A stretch of 64,000 nt of DNA from a virus. Numbering within the stretch: the first letter of the stretch is position 1; each line of letters opens with the position of its first letter. The stretch is taken from positions 103,757 through 167,756 of IMG/VR virus record IMGVR_UViG_3300032224_000591, one strand, 5' to 3'. The position numbers were made by a program, and so were the translations under genes. The notes under the pieces are model-generated. The model had not been told where the DNA came from. It searched no databases and saw nothing but the letters and a program-made list of their open reading frames with translations. Shown piece by piece: positions 15,963 to 25,887 of the stretch.

Positions 15963-16747
15963 GCGACTGGGAAACTAAAGAAAACCTCACTAGAATGCGT
16001 AGCGGTGAAGCTATCGCTGCTTTTGACTCTGATGTATATAGTGAACTTGAGAAAACGTATGGAAAATATCTCTATGTGCCATATGATGTGCCAAAGATAC
16101 TTCCATACGACATCAACAAGTTTGTAGACTTCTACTTCCGCAATGCTAAGTTCTCCCAGAAATTGAGAGAGGACATTGCGGAAGGTATCCCACCAAAGTA
16201 TGAGACTACACCCTATCTGTCTGTTGATGGCGATGAAACCAATAAGAACTCAGTGTGGAGTAAGAACAGGGTACCAGAGATCTTCACGGAATTTCCGGAA
16301 ATCTTTGAGCAGATAAATGAGTATATGCCATGGGTGAATGGTCCACAGAGTTTGTCGTGGACGATGTGGTCCAGCGCTAAGGACATACTACCTCATCGTG
16401 ACCTAAAGTCTATGTTGGATATGCCTATCAGGGTACGAATAAAGTTATTCGATAGTAATCCTGTGGAGACATTGAGTGTTCAACTTGCACCGGTCGAAAA
16501 GGATCAGGGTGAGTTCATTCCGCTAAGCATTCCAAGTGATACTAACTCGTTCGCCTGGAATAATCTGAGGACGCGTCATAGGAGTTTGTTTACTCCTCCA
16601 TATAGGAAAATACTGATGATCTTCTTTGCTAACTACAAAGGAGTGTCGATGAATAAGTACGTAGACATGCTTGATAGAAGTGTCCACAAATACAAGGATC
16701 ATCTGATTGTAGACAATCAGACAACAGCGAAGGATTATATATTATGA
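15959..16747 (+). CDS. Hypothetical protein, possible cupin/HxD...H oxygenase
   Basis: ILPHRD and distal RH. Confidence 0.5.
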   Translation: MSDWETKENLTRMRSGEAIAAFDSDVYSELEKTYGKYLYVPYDVPKILPYDINKFVDFYFRNAKFSQKLREDIAEGIPPKYETTPYLSVDGDETNKNSVWSKNRVPEIFTEFPEIFEQINEYMPWVNGPQSLSWTMWSSAKDILPHRDLKSMLDMPIRVRIKLFDSNPVETLSVQLAPVEKDQGEFIPLSIPSDTNSFAWNNLRTRHRSLFTPPYRKILMIFFANYKGVSMNKYVDMLDRSVHKYKDHLIVDNQTTAKDYIL

Positions 16748-17244
16748 TGAAGTTTGTGATCGTCCCAGCTATGGCTCTTGCTCTGGCTGGCTGCAACATG
16801 GAACCTTCTAGTGATCGCCAACAGCGTGAGCAGCAGGAAGCAATTTCGAAACAAAGCCATATGGCCGTAGGCATGCCTGCTATCACTCGCTTCTCTGAGA
16901 AGCGTATGATGAAAGACATCCTAGAGATGCGTGATCAGATGCATCCTACCTACACGTACCTTGTCGGTGAACAGGCCGGTGTGATTGGTGAGAAGGTTTG
17001 TGACTCACTTGGTTATGGCCTCAACGGCGCTACGCAGTATACTAATCCTCAGAAAATGACATACTCTGATGGTGGTGGACATGTGCTAGTTCTCCCTCAG
17101 GCTGATCCTAATGGTTTGTTCTCACCCGCTACCACCGAAGGTACGTGGGTGATGTGTAAGGTTCCTGGTACTGATAAGATCTTGCCTCAGTATATCGAGC
17201 CTCGTGTTATTGTGCTGACATTCCCCAAAGAAGCGAGGAAGTGA
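16744..17244 (+). CDS. Conserved phage lipoprotein
   Basis: Lipobox LAGC; TQYTNPQ, QADPNGLF, EGTWVMC. Confidence 0.75.
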   Translation: MMKFVIVPAMALALAGCNMEPSSDRQQREQQEAISKQSHMAVGMPAITRFSEKRMMKDILEMRDQMHPTYTYLVGEQAGVIGEKVCDSLGYGLNGATQYTNPQKMTYSDGGGHVLVLPQADPNGLFSPATTEGTWVMCKVPGTDKILPQYIEPRVIVLTFPKEARK

Positions 17245-17438
17245 TGAAAAAGCTGAGTGAATATAATAGAGATAAGGGCGAAAGTTCGAAACCCTCTATC
17301 GGTTATGCAAATGTGAAATGCGATGATTGTGATGTTGAAATGTACTATGACAATCCATATGTTGCTCTTGCAAGTTTGCCAATGCAGCAATCAGTTGTTT
17401 GTCCTAAATGCAACAAACGTGACTATAAGGTGCTGTGA
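17241..17438 (+). CDS. Small zinc-ribbon protein
   Basis: CDDC...CPKC. Confidence 0.65.
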   Translation: MMKKLSEYNRDKGESSKPSIGYANVKCDDCDVEMYYDNPYVALASLPMQQSVVCPKCNKRDYKVL

Positions 17439-17794
17439 TGAGCTATAAGAATGATGCAAAAGAAGTCGCCCAGTTCTTTTCCCTGTTTGGGTTTGGTGTT
17501 TGGGGAATAGTGTTGGTACTCCTGCCGCTGATTGGTGGTCTTGGATATATTTCCTACCTTGCGTATTCGTTCTATGCTCCCAAGTATGAGCAGGTTCGCT
17601 ATGATACGTTCAAGCAGAGTCAGACGTACAATGATGGTATGCTCCGTGACCTGCAGGATCTGCAGATGGAGTACATGAAGGCTAACGACGAACAGAAGGC
17701 TGCTATGAAGGCAATCATCCTTCACCGCTTTGCTGTCTATGACGTTAATCGTCTGCCAATCGACCTTCGTTCATTCTATCAGAGTATCCGATAA
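17435..17794 (+). CDS. Membrane-anchored hypothetical protein
   Basis: N-terminal TM segment. Confidence 0.7.
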   Translation: MMSYKNDAKEVAQFFSLFGFGVWGIVLVLLPLIGGLGYISYLAYSFYAPKYEQVRYDTFKQSQTYNDGMLRDLQDLQMEYMKANDEQKAAMKAIILHRFAVYDVNRLPIDLRSFYQSIR

Positions 17795-18039
17795 TGAATC
17801 TCGAGGGTGGAGAGATTTATAAGAAGTTTATGGATGAGGGTAAGCTAATGCAGTTTATGGTTAAGCATCAGAAGTCACTGCAGTATGAGATTGACTATCT
17901 GAAGACTCAGCTAAAGGATCATGACACTGGTCATATCCGTACCGCTATCTCTGTGCTAGAGGAGCGTGTAGTTGAGATTCAGAAGTATATCGACAGTGTA
18001 CACGATATGATTATTAGAGCGCAGGCGGTGCTAGGATGA
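17794..18039 (+). CDS. Hypothetical protein
   Basis: Coupled ORF. Confidence 0.65.
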   Translation: MNLEGGEIYKKFMDEGKLMQFMVKHQKSLQYEIDYLKTQLKDHDTGHIRTAISVLEERVVEIQKYIDSVHDMIIRAQAVLG

Positions 18040-18707
18040 AAGTAAACATTGGTCCCTATTTGACTTGGTACGGTCCTTATCAGATCGCTGATATGATTTT
18101 CTTTTGGATTAAGACCAGGGGCATTTATCTGAAGGATGATGACCCGCTCAATGAGCGTTGGGACTATGTAGCAAAAGAAAAGTTTGGTGACTGGCTGGCT
18201 GATACTTGGGTTGCTAATTTCTGTAACTGGATCCAGGATAAGCGTAAGCGCACAGAAAAGGTTGAGATTCATCATTATGACGTATGGTCCATGGATCACA
18301 CGCTCGCGCTTATCATTCATCCTATGCTGGTAAAGCTAAAGGAACAGAAACATGGGGCTCCCTTTACCGAGGATAAAGATGTTCCAGAGCATTTGCGCTC
18401 TACCTCTGCACCTCCGCTGACTGAAGATGAAAAAAACTGTGGTTCTACTGATAAGCTGTTCTTCGATCGCTGGGAATATATTCTTAATGAGATGATTTGG
18501 GCTTTCTATCAAGCTGCAAAAGACGATCCGGACGCGCCTGAACAACCTAAATTCTATACGCGCAAGCTGCTTGACAATGATTTCGATGATTCTCCTGATA
18601 ACGTTGAAGCTTGGAAAAACTATCAAGTGGAAAATGTCAAGTTTGAGAAGCGTAAAGAGAACGGTTATTTGCTATTTGGTAAATACTATCGTGGGCTGTG
18701 GGACTGA
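18036..18707 (+). CDS. Conserved T4-like hypothetical protein
   Basis: DVWSMDHTLA.II.PML, RW.YIL.EMIWAF, G..LFGKYY.GLWD. Confidence 0.8.
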   Translation: MKVNIGPYLTWYGPYQIADMIFFWIKTRGIYLKDDDPLNERWDYVAKEKFGDWLADTWVANFCNWIQDKRKRTEKVEIHHYDVWSMDHTLALIIHPMLVKLKEQKHGAPFTEDKDVPEHLRSTSAPPLTEDEKNCGSTDKLFFDRWEYILNEMIWAFYQAAKDDPDAPEQPKFYTRKLLDNDFDDSPDNVEAWKNYQVENVKFEKRKENGYLLFGKYYRGLWD

Positions 18708-18711
18708 TTGA

Positions 18712-18786
18712 TCGGGGTTAGTTTAATAGGTAGAACGAAGGACTTTGAATCCTTTGGTCGAGGTTCGAGTCCTTGCCCCCGAGCCA
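18712..18786 (+). tRNA. tRNA-Gln(TTG)
   Basis: Cloverleaf, CCA. Confidence 0.92.
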
Positions 18787-18799
18787 ACGTTGGAGATAT

Positions 18800-19469
18800 A
18801 TGATGAACGATAAGTTGATAGCAGAGCTTGTCAATAAAGACAAAATTATTGATGATTTGAAGGCAACGATGCGGGACGCAATGTTTCAAATCAATTGTGA
18901 AGACCCTTGGCAAGCCTACGAAATTCTTGAAGAAGCGGTACAAAAAAACAACGGCGATTGGGAAAAATTAGATGTTGTTCTTCAGCAAGAATGTTGAGAA
19001 ACGAATTGCTTGGAAGATTGAGATTGATGGTATTACCACAGAAGGTAAACCAATCTATCACGTTTACAAAGCAAGAGCACCTTATGGCATGGATTTAGTT
19101 TGTGAGTTCCATGACTATGATATGGCAAAACGATTTGTAGAAAAGCACATCGACTTTCCTGTCTATTTCTACGAGGATTAGCAAATGCCTTTTGGTGGAT
19201 ATAACCCATTAGATGATGGCGAGTATGAAGATTTTTCGCCATGGTTCAAACCTGAAAGAAAAGTGGAAAAAGTAGTGACAGAGACTTTAACATTCACCTG
19301 CAAAGAACTATACGACCTCTATAAGTGGATTGATGCTATGGATCCAAAGCCGCATCTTATTAAGATCTATAGCACGCAGACCGGCATCGGTCCATCTCTG
19401 CGTGCTGAGATTGATAACGGTGAAGGTGAAGGGATCTATAAGGACTTTACCGACTATGAGAGTTGGTAA
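18800..19469 (+). other. Run of three small hypothetical CDSs (about 18800-18997, 18972-19181, 19185-19469)
   Basis: Consecutive + strand ORFs with RBS/overlaps. Confidence 0.6.
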
Positions 19470-19479
19470 ATAGAGTAAT

Positions 19480-19555
19480 GCCCGGTTAGCTCAGCGGTAG
19501 TAGCATTTCCTTTACACGGAAAATGTCGGCGGTTCGATCCCGTCACCGGGTACCA
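19480..19555 (+). tRNA. tRNA-Val(TAC)
   Basis: Cloverleaf, CCA directly abutting the o-spanin stop on the other strand. Confidence 0.93.
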
Positions 19556-19846
19556 CTACTCTTTCTTAGAAGCCTCAGTGGTCTTCTTTGCACCATCCAA
19601 GAACTGATAGATCGAGTTGATGTTCTTCTGACACTGTGTATTATTGGTGTGCAGTTGAACAAGCAGCTTTGAAACTTCTACGTCCGTTAATGATTCCGGA
19701 TTCGGAAACTTGCGGACGTTTGGACAATTGAACAAGCTTTTGTCTGGCATGATCACAACCTGTTCAGTCTTGGTCAGTACCTGAGGAGGAAGTGGCTTAG
19801 CGCAACCGACTACGATGAATGGAAGGAGTAGTACTAGCTTCTTCAT
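19556..19846 (-). CDS. Outer-membrane spanin (Rz1-like lipoprotein)
   Basis: Lipobox VVGC, Pro-rich, two further Cys; overlaps i-spanin. Confidence 0.8.
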   Translation of the reverse strand: MKKLVLLLPFIVVGCAKPLPPQVLTKTEQVVIMPDKSLFNCPNVRKFPNPESLTDVEVSKLLVQLHTNNTQCQKNINSIYQFLDGAKKTTEASKKE

Positions 19847-20190
19847 TTCGGTGCATCCTTTAGCTTGGTCACTGTCATCTTCAATACCTCAGAGGCAGGA
19901 CGATCTAGCTTCTTTGTCTCTGCTGCAGACAGATAATCATCTGCCGCTTTCATCTTAGCATCGAAAGCATCTTTCTCAGCCTTATTTTTCTTAATAATCT
20001 CTTCTTGAGAGGCTTGGATGGCTTCCATCTTGGCCTTAAACTCTTGCTGGTCCTTAATGGCCTGTTCGATTTGTTTTTGATTGTATTCCATAAGAGCTTC
20101 ACGTTCGATGCTTGAACGCCACCCATAATAGCCTGCAGTGAGTGCTCCGAAGAACATCAACCCACCGATAATGATAATGTACAGACGCAT
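19843..20190 (-). CDS. Inner-membrane spanin (Rz-like)
   Basis: N-terminal TM plus coiled coil; late promoter on minus strand at 20212-20219. Confidence 0.8.
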   Translation of the reverse strand: MRLYIIIIGGLMFFGALTAGYYGWRSSIEREALMEYNQKQIEQAIKDQQEFKAKMEAIQASQEEIIKKNKAEKDAFDAKMKAADDYLSAAETKKLDRPASEVLKMTVTKLKDAPK

Positions 20191-20222
20191 GATAACCTCC
20201 GTGTTCTGGTCTATTTATAAAT

Positions 20223-20468
20223 ATGACGTATCAGGAGGTTTATATGAGACAAGTTCCACTAATAGGTAATATGCAAATCGTCCCTGAAGAGATTGTCGAG
20301 TACTGTGCCAATCAACTTCCAAAAGACGAGGATAATAACTTTTCAATGTTTCTAAAGGTTGCTAAGCAGCTTAGGCACGCCGGTCTGACACCGATATTCC
20401 TGTGTTCGCAGGACCTAAGGGATCTATACGTAACGTCAGAAGAGAAACTTCAAAAAAAGTTCCACTGA
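20223..20468 (+). CDS. Hypothetical protein (start may be a later ATG)
   Basis: ORF after late promoter. Confidence 0.6.
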   Translation: MTYQEVYMRQVPLIGNMQIVPEEIVEYCANQLPKDEDNNFSMFLKVAKQLRHAGLTPIFLCSQDLRDLYVTSEEKLQKKFH

Positions 20469-20542
20469 CCATGTAAATTTTGTGCGTGAGCACATATATA
20501 GGATTGTGAGATGCCATCCGGGTCTTATGATAAACCAACTAA

Positions 20543-20557
20543 CTCGCTTAATAGGAG
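20543..20557 (+). promoter_or_regulatory. ROSE-like RNA thermometer hairpin over hsp20 Shine-Dalgarno
   Basis: CUC(G)CU-UAAU-AGGAG, U(U/C)GCU anti-SD with bulged G. Confidence 0.6.
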
Positions 20558-20563
20558 ATAGAC

Positions 20564-21076
20564 ATGACTACTACACCTTGGCCTACATATAAGTTCGATC
20601 ATACGTTCGCAGACTTTAACAAGTTTGACAAGTACTTCGTTGGAGCCGACAAGTTCTTCGATCGTCTCAAAGAGACACACGATCTGATCGCTAACACTGC
20701 TGCCGTAACATACCCTCCATTCAACCTCAAGAAGACAGATGATAACGTATATGTCCTTGAGATGGCTGTTGCAGGTTTTGCTAAGCAAGACATCGAGCTT
20801 ACACTCGAGGACAACAAGCTGAAGATTGCTGGTAAGGTTGAGGGTGACGATGCAGTGACTGATGAGTACCTGCATAAGGGTATCTCAGCCCGTCCGTTCC
20901 AGCGCTCATTCGTTCTGAATGATAATGTCGTTGTCAACAACGCACAATACTTTAATGGATTGCTGAAGATCTGGCTTGAGCATATCATCCCCGATGATAA
21001 GAAGCCTAAGAAGATTAATATCGAGGATACCGACTCTCCTGCTCCTAAGGGCAAGAAGCAGTTCCTCGCAGAGTAA
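20564..21076 (+). CDS. Small heat-shock protein Hsp20 (IbpA-like)
   Basis: YPPFNL, LEMAVAGF, YLHKGISARPF.RSF.L, NGLL.I. Confidence 0.95.
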   Translation: MTTTPWPTYKFDHTFADFNKFDKYFVGADKFFDRLKETHDLIANTAAVTYPPFNLKKTDDNVYVLEMAVAGFAKQDIELTLEDNKLKIAGKVEGDDAVTDEYLHKGISARPFQRSFVLNDNVVVNNAQYFNGLLKIWLEHIIPDDKKPKKINIEDTDSPAPKGKKQFLAE

Positions 21077-21149
21077 TTCCCCGCCAGTAGATACGTCGAT
21101 TGGCCCCTCCCGGCTCCGGCCGGGAGACTTCTATTCAAGGAATAAGAAA

Positions 21150-21329
21150 ATGACAAATCTAATATCAACTTTCAGCAGCTGGCTGAAGGGTACATCATAC
21201 TATTATAATACAATTTACGAACTATCTAGATTGACGGATAGAGAGCTACAGGACATCGGGCTTACACGTAATGAAATCATCCATATTGCAAATGAGCAAT
21301 ATATCAAGCGGATGATAAATAATTCGTGA
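21150..21329 (+). CDS. DUF1127 (YjiS-like) small protein
   Basis: ELSRLTDRELQDIGLTRNEI. Confidence 0.85.
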   Translation: MTNLISTFSSWLKGTSYYYNTIYELSRLTDRELQDIGLTRNEIIHIANEQYIKRMINNS

Positions 21330-21353
21330 TCCACTCACATTTATGGAGTTACA

Positions 21354-21968
21354 ATGTCGATTACACTAGAACAACTCATTAATTTCTTCGAAGACACTGA
21401 CGACTTCGTACTAGAGAAATATGTTGAGCCTCTCAACAAGACTTTCGAAAAGTTCGAAATCAATACACCAGATCGTATTGCTATGTTCCTTGCACAGGTT
21501 GGACATGAGTCCGGCGGTCTTACTAAGATTCAAGAGAACCTAAACTACAAGCCGGCTCGTCTGGCACAAATCTTTCCCAAATATTTTAGAGATGTTGATC
21601 CTGATGACTACGGTGGCAAGCCTGAAATGATTGCTAATCGTGTCTATGCCAGTCGCATGGGTAATGGTGATGAAGATTCTGGTGATGGTTATCGATTCCG
21701 TGGTCGTGGTTTGATTCAGCTGACTGGTCGTAATAACTATGAGTCATTTGCTGAGGACATGGAGATGGATCTAGATGCTGCTGTTGAGTATCTAGGTACA
21801 CCAGAGGGCGCGTGTATGTCTGCAGGTTGGTTCTGGGATCAGAATGACTTGAATGACCTGGCTGACAAGGGTGACATCACGCGATGCACTAAGAAGATCA
21901 ATGGTGGTACCATCGGTCTTGAAGAGCGTACTGAGCTCTTCGAAGAGGCAAAGACAATTTTTGCCTGA
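21354..21968 (+). CDS. GH19 endolysin
   Basis: AMFLAQVGHESGG, ENLNY, FRGRGLIQLTGRNNY, TKKINGG. Confidence 0.93.
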   Translation: MSITLEQLINFFEDTDDFVLEKYVEPLNKTFEKFEINTPDRIAMFLAQVGHESGGLTKIQENLNYKPARLAQIFPKYFRDVDPDDYGGKPEMIANRVYASRMGNGDEDSGDGYRFRGRGLIQLTGRNNYESFAEDMEMDLDAAVEYLGTPEGACMSAGWFWDQNDLNDLADKGDITRCTKKINGGTIGLEERTELFEEAKTIFA

Positions 21969-22033
21969 CTCTAGAACCGAGTCATTTACTTTTACGTGAA
22001 ATTATTGTATAATGTACCTACAATGGAGGTCAG

Positions 22034-24541
22034 ATGACTCGGTTCTACACACACGTCTATATGCGCGGCAACAAGATCTACGTCCGCGGTTACCAGAATG
22101 GCAAGCCCTTCAAGGAAGAAGAGCACTATCAGCCGTATCTGTTTGAGTACGTTCCCAACCAGAACTCGAAGTACAAGTCACTCGATGGGCGTCCAGTCCG
22201 TCGACGTGACTTTCGTAGTATCAAAGAGGCGCGTGACTATGTGAAGTCGATGGAGGGTGTGTCCAACAAGCAGATGTTTGGCACTACTCTATATCAATAT
22301 GTGTACCTGAATGATGAGTTCTCAGGTGATGTTGAGTATGATCCATCTGTCATATCTGTAGTCAGCATCGACATCGAAACACCAACCGATCAAGGTTTCC
22401 CTGATCCTACAGTAGCTGAGACGCCTATTAGCAACATCACAATCAGCAAGAATGGCAAGATCGTTGTGTTCGGTTGTGAGTACTACAAGGTTAAGGAACC
22501 TAACGTCTACTACTTCCTCTGTAAGAACGAGGAAGAGATGCTGCGTAAGTTCCTCATGGTCTGGAATGATGAGGACTGGACACCTGATGTTCTGACTGGT
22601 TGGAATATCGATGGATTCGACGTGCCATACCTGTACAATCGTATCACTAAGCTACTTGGTGAGAATGAAGCACGTAAGCTCTCGCCGTGGCGTATGGTTG
22701 AGGCACGTGAGGTGAAGATGAAGTCAGGCGAGGTCAAGATCATCTACGATCTTGTCGGCATTGCCGTGCTTGACTATCTTGAGTTGTATAAGAAGTTCTC
22801 ATTCACCAATCAGGAAAGCTACAAGCTCGATCATATCGCTAATCTCGTTTTAGGTGAGAACAAACTGGACTACTCTGAGTACAACTCACTGTATGACTTC
22901 TACAAGAAGGACTATGAGCGATTCGTCGACTACAATATCCACGATACTGTTCTAGTTGAACGCCTTGAGGATAAGCTCGGCATGATCAAGCAGGTGTTTG
23001 CGCTTGCTTATGACGCGAAGGTTAACTATAACGACGTACTCACGACAACACGTCAGTGGGACATCATCATCCATAACTATCTAATGAAAGATAATATTGT
23101 TGTGCCATTCTTCTCTACCTTTAAGGAGGAGTTCACTCTTATCGGCGGTTATGTGAAGGAGGTACAGACTGGTATGCATAAGTGGGTTGTGTCGTTCGAC
23201 TTGAACTCGCTCTATCCTCATCTCATCATGCAGTACAATATCAGTCCCGAGACGTTTGTTAGTCGTCAACGTAATGTGCCATCAATCGACAATATCATTA
23301 AGGGTATGTATCGTGCGCCTGATGGTAATGAAGCTGTGGCTGCTAATGGCTGTACATATCGTAAGGACAAGCAAGGGTTTTTGCCAGCTCTTATGGAGAA
23401 GATGTATGATGATCGTGTGATCTACAAGAACATGATGCTTGATGCGAAGAAGCGTTATGAGCAGACGAAGAGCAAGGAGGATGAGAAGCTAATCTCTCGC
23501 TATCACAACCTACAGCTTGCCAAGAAGATCCAGTTGAACTCAGCTTACGGTGCTCTCGGCAATCGCTACTTCCGTTGGTTCTCATTCGATAATGCTGAGG
23601 CTATCACTACATCTGGCCAGCTCTCTATTCGTTGGATCGAGAGCCGTATGAATGAGTACATGAACAAGATCTGTAAGACGAAGGGTGTTGACTATGTTAT
23701 CGCGTCCGATACAGACTCTATCTATGTCACATTCAAGAACCTGATCCCTGTAGGTGCTGATGAGCTCGAGTCTGTTAAGCTTATCGATGAGTTCTGTGAG
23801 ACTAAGATCCAGTCGTACATCAATAGCTGCTATGATGAGCTGGCTGGCATGATGAACGCCTATCAGCAGAAGATGCAGATGAAGCGTGAGACAATCGCTA
23901 ATAAGGGTATCTGGAAAGAGAAGAAGATGTATATCCTCAACGCCTGGAACGTTGAAGGTGTGCAGTATGATAAGCCTAAGTTGAAGATGTCTGGTATCGA
24001 AGCTGTTCGTTCATCTACTCCTAAGAAGTGTCGTGAAGCTATTAAGACCGCCCTCGAGGTGCTTATGAATCAGACTGAACCTGAGTTTCAAAAGTTTATC
24101 GCTGACTTCAAACTTAAGTTCATGGAGATGCCGTTCGAGGAGGTTGCATTCCCACGTGGTGTCCGCCTGATGGGATATAAGACATCACCTACCGGTGGAT
24201 CATATAAGACCACTTATAAGCTTGGCGACAAGTCATTACCTATTCAAGTCCGTGGTGCTCTACTCTATAACGACATGATCAAGCGCATGGGACTAGAGAA
24301 AAAGTATGACATGATCAAGGAGGGTGACAAGATTAAGTTTGCGTATCTGACATCACCAAATCCATTACGCTCTAATGTGATAGCAGTACTAGATGTACTG
24401 CCACCAGAGTTCAAGCTTGATATGCATATCGATCGTGATATGCAGTTCGATAAGACATTCCTCGATCCACTCAAGTCCATCACTGAAGTTATCGGATGGC
24501 AGATCGAGAAGAAGGCAACGCTACAATCTTTCTTCTACTGA
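22034..24541 (+). CDS. 43: DNA polymerase B gp43
   Basis: DIET exonuclease, SFDLNSLYP, K..LNSAYG, SDTDS. Confidence 0.98.
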   Translation: MTRFYTHVYMRGNKIYVRGYQNGKPFKEEEHYQPYLFEYVPNQNSKYKSLDGRPVRRRDFRSIKEARDYVKSMEGVSNKQMFGTTLYQYVYLNDEFSGDVEYDPSVISVVSIDIETPTDQGFPDPTVAETPISNITISKNGKIVVFGCEYYKVKEPNVYYFLCKNEEEMLRKFLMVWNDEDWTPDVLTGWNIDGFDVPYLYNRITKLLGENEARKLSPWRMVEAREVKMKSGEVKIIYDLVGIAVLDYLELYKKFSFTNQESYKLDHIANLVLGENKLDYSEYNSLYDFYKKDYERFVDYNIHDTVLVERLEDKLGMIKQVFALAYDAKVNYNDVLTTTRQWDIIIHNYLMKDNIVVPFFSTFKEEFTLIGGYVKEVQTGMHKWVVSFDLNSLYPHLIMQYNISPETFVSRQRNVPSIDNIIKGMYRAPDGNEAVAANGCTYRKDKQGFLPALMEKMYDDRVIYKNMMLDAKKRYEQTKSKEDEKLISRYHNLQLAKKIQLNSAYGALGNRYFRWFSFDNAEAITTSGQLSIRWIESRMNEYMNKICKTKGVDYVIASDTDSIYVTFKNLIPVGADELESVKLIDEFCETKIQSYINSCYDELAGMMNAYQQKMQMKRETIANKGIWKEKKMYILNAWNVEGVQYDKPKLKMSGIEAVRSSTPKKCREAIKTALEVLMNQTEPEFQKFIADFKLKFMEMPFEEVAFPRGVRLMGYKTSPTGGSYKTTYKLGDKSLPIQVRGALLYNDMIKRMGLEKKYDMIKEGDKIKFAYLTSPNPLRSNVIAVLDVLPPEFKLDMHIDRDMQFDKTFLDPLKSITEVIGWQIEKKATLQSFFY

Positions 24542-24596
24542 TGTACAAGCTTGCACGCTTGTGATATAATAACTGAAGTAACCAAAAGGAGACTAC

Positions 24597-25652
24597 ATGT
24601 CGCTTAAGGACAAACTTATTAAGAACAGCACTATTAACTGGACGTCGACACTGACCGACAGTAAGATCTTTACTAAGAAGGACATTATCCAGACCCCTGT
24701 GCCTATGATCAACGTAGCTCTATCAGGTACTGTCGATGGTGGCTTGACGCCTGGTGTGACAATGCTTGCTGGACCTTCGAAGCACTTTAAGACTGGCTTC
24801 GCTCTTCTACTCGCATCCTCATTCTTGAAGAAGTACAAAGATGGCGTCATCCTTTTTTACGATTCTGAGTTCGGTACTCCTCAGTCTTATTTTCAGACCT
24901 TTGGTATACCTTTTGATTCTGTGGTTCACACGCCTATTACTGACATTGAGGAACTTAAGTTCGACATAATGCAACAGTTGAAGGAGCTCGGTCGTGATGA
25001 TCATGTCATGATCGTGATTGACTCTATCGGCAACATCGCTTCGAAGAAGGAAGTTGATGATGCTCTCGATGGTAAGTCTGTTGCTGACATGTCACGTGCT
25101 AAGCAGTTGAAGTCTCTGTTCCGTATGATTACACCACATCTGTCTCTCAAGGATATTCCTTTGGCAGTTATCAATCATACGTACAAGGAAATTACCATGT
25201 ATCCTAAGGACATTGTGTCTGGTGGGACTGGTTCGTACTATGGTGCAGATAATATCTGGATCCTTGGTCGTCAACAGGATAAGGATGCAGATGGCATTCA
25301 GGGTTATCACTTCGTCATTAACGTTGAGAAGTCGCGCTTCGTTCGTGAGAAGTCGAAGATACCTATTACAGTGTCATTTGAGGGTGGCATTAATCGTTGG
25401 TCTGGGTTGCTTGATGTGGCACTTGAAGGAGCCTACATCGTCAAGCCCAAAGCAGGTTGGTACGCGCTCGTCGATCGTGAGAGTGGAGAGGTAAAGCAAC
25501 CTTCAATGAGAGCTGCAGACATTGTTGATAACAAGGATTTCTGGATGAAGATGTTTTCAGAGACAGACTTTGCTAAGTTCATCGAGGCAAAGTATCGTAT
25601 GGCAACTACATCTATTATGGAGGACCAGGATGGCGTGGAAGGAAGTATCTGA
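24597..25652 (+). CDS. uvsX: UvsX recombinase
   Basis: AGPSKHFKT, FYDSEFG, DMSRAK. Confidence 0.97.
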   Translation: MSLKDKLIKNSTINWTSTLTDSKIFTKKDIIQTPVPMINVALSGTVDGGLTPGVTMLAGPSKHFKTGFALLLASSFLKKYKDGVILFYDSEFGTPQSYFQTFGIPFDSVVHTPITDIEELKFDIMQQLKELGRDDHVMIVIDSIGNIASKKEVDDALDGKSVADMSRAKQLKSLFRMITPHLSLKDIPLAVINHTYKEITMYPKDIVSGGTGSYYGADNIWILGRQQDKDADGIQGYHFVINVEKSRFVREKSKIPITVSFEGGINRWSGLLDVALEGAYIVKPKAGWYALVDRESGEVKQPSMRAADIVDNKDFWMKMFSETDFAKFIEAKYRMATTSIMEDQDGVEGSI

Positions 25653-25845
25653 ACATGTTGGTGCATATCTGAAGAGACACGCGTATGTAAATTATGATAT
25701 GGATGAGGAGTGCTACTTCATTGACTTCTATCAGGATGACAATTATGTCACTAGTGAGCGTTACCCGGGTAAGAGCATTCACTTTGCAGAGGATGCTGCA
25801 GAGAACTATGCAATAGGTATCTTAAATGTACCACAAACAGCCTAG
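25630..25845 (+). CDS. Small hypothetical protein
   Basis: KSIHFAEDAAENY motif; usual slot between uvsX and 41. Confidence 0.65.
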   Translation: MAWKEVSEHVGAYLKRHAYVNYDMDEECYFIDFYQDDNYVTSERYPGKSIHFAEDAAENYAIGILNVPQTA

Positions 25846-25887
25846 TTCCATTAAGTATGACTACAACAAAGAGGAGACCGTACGCAA

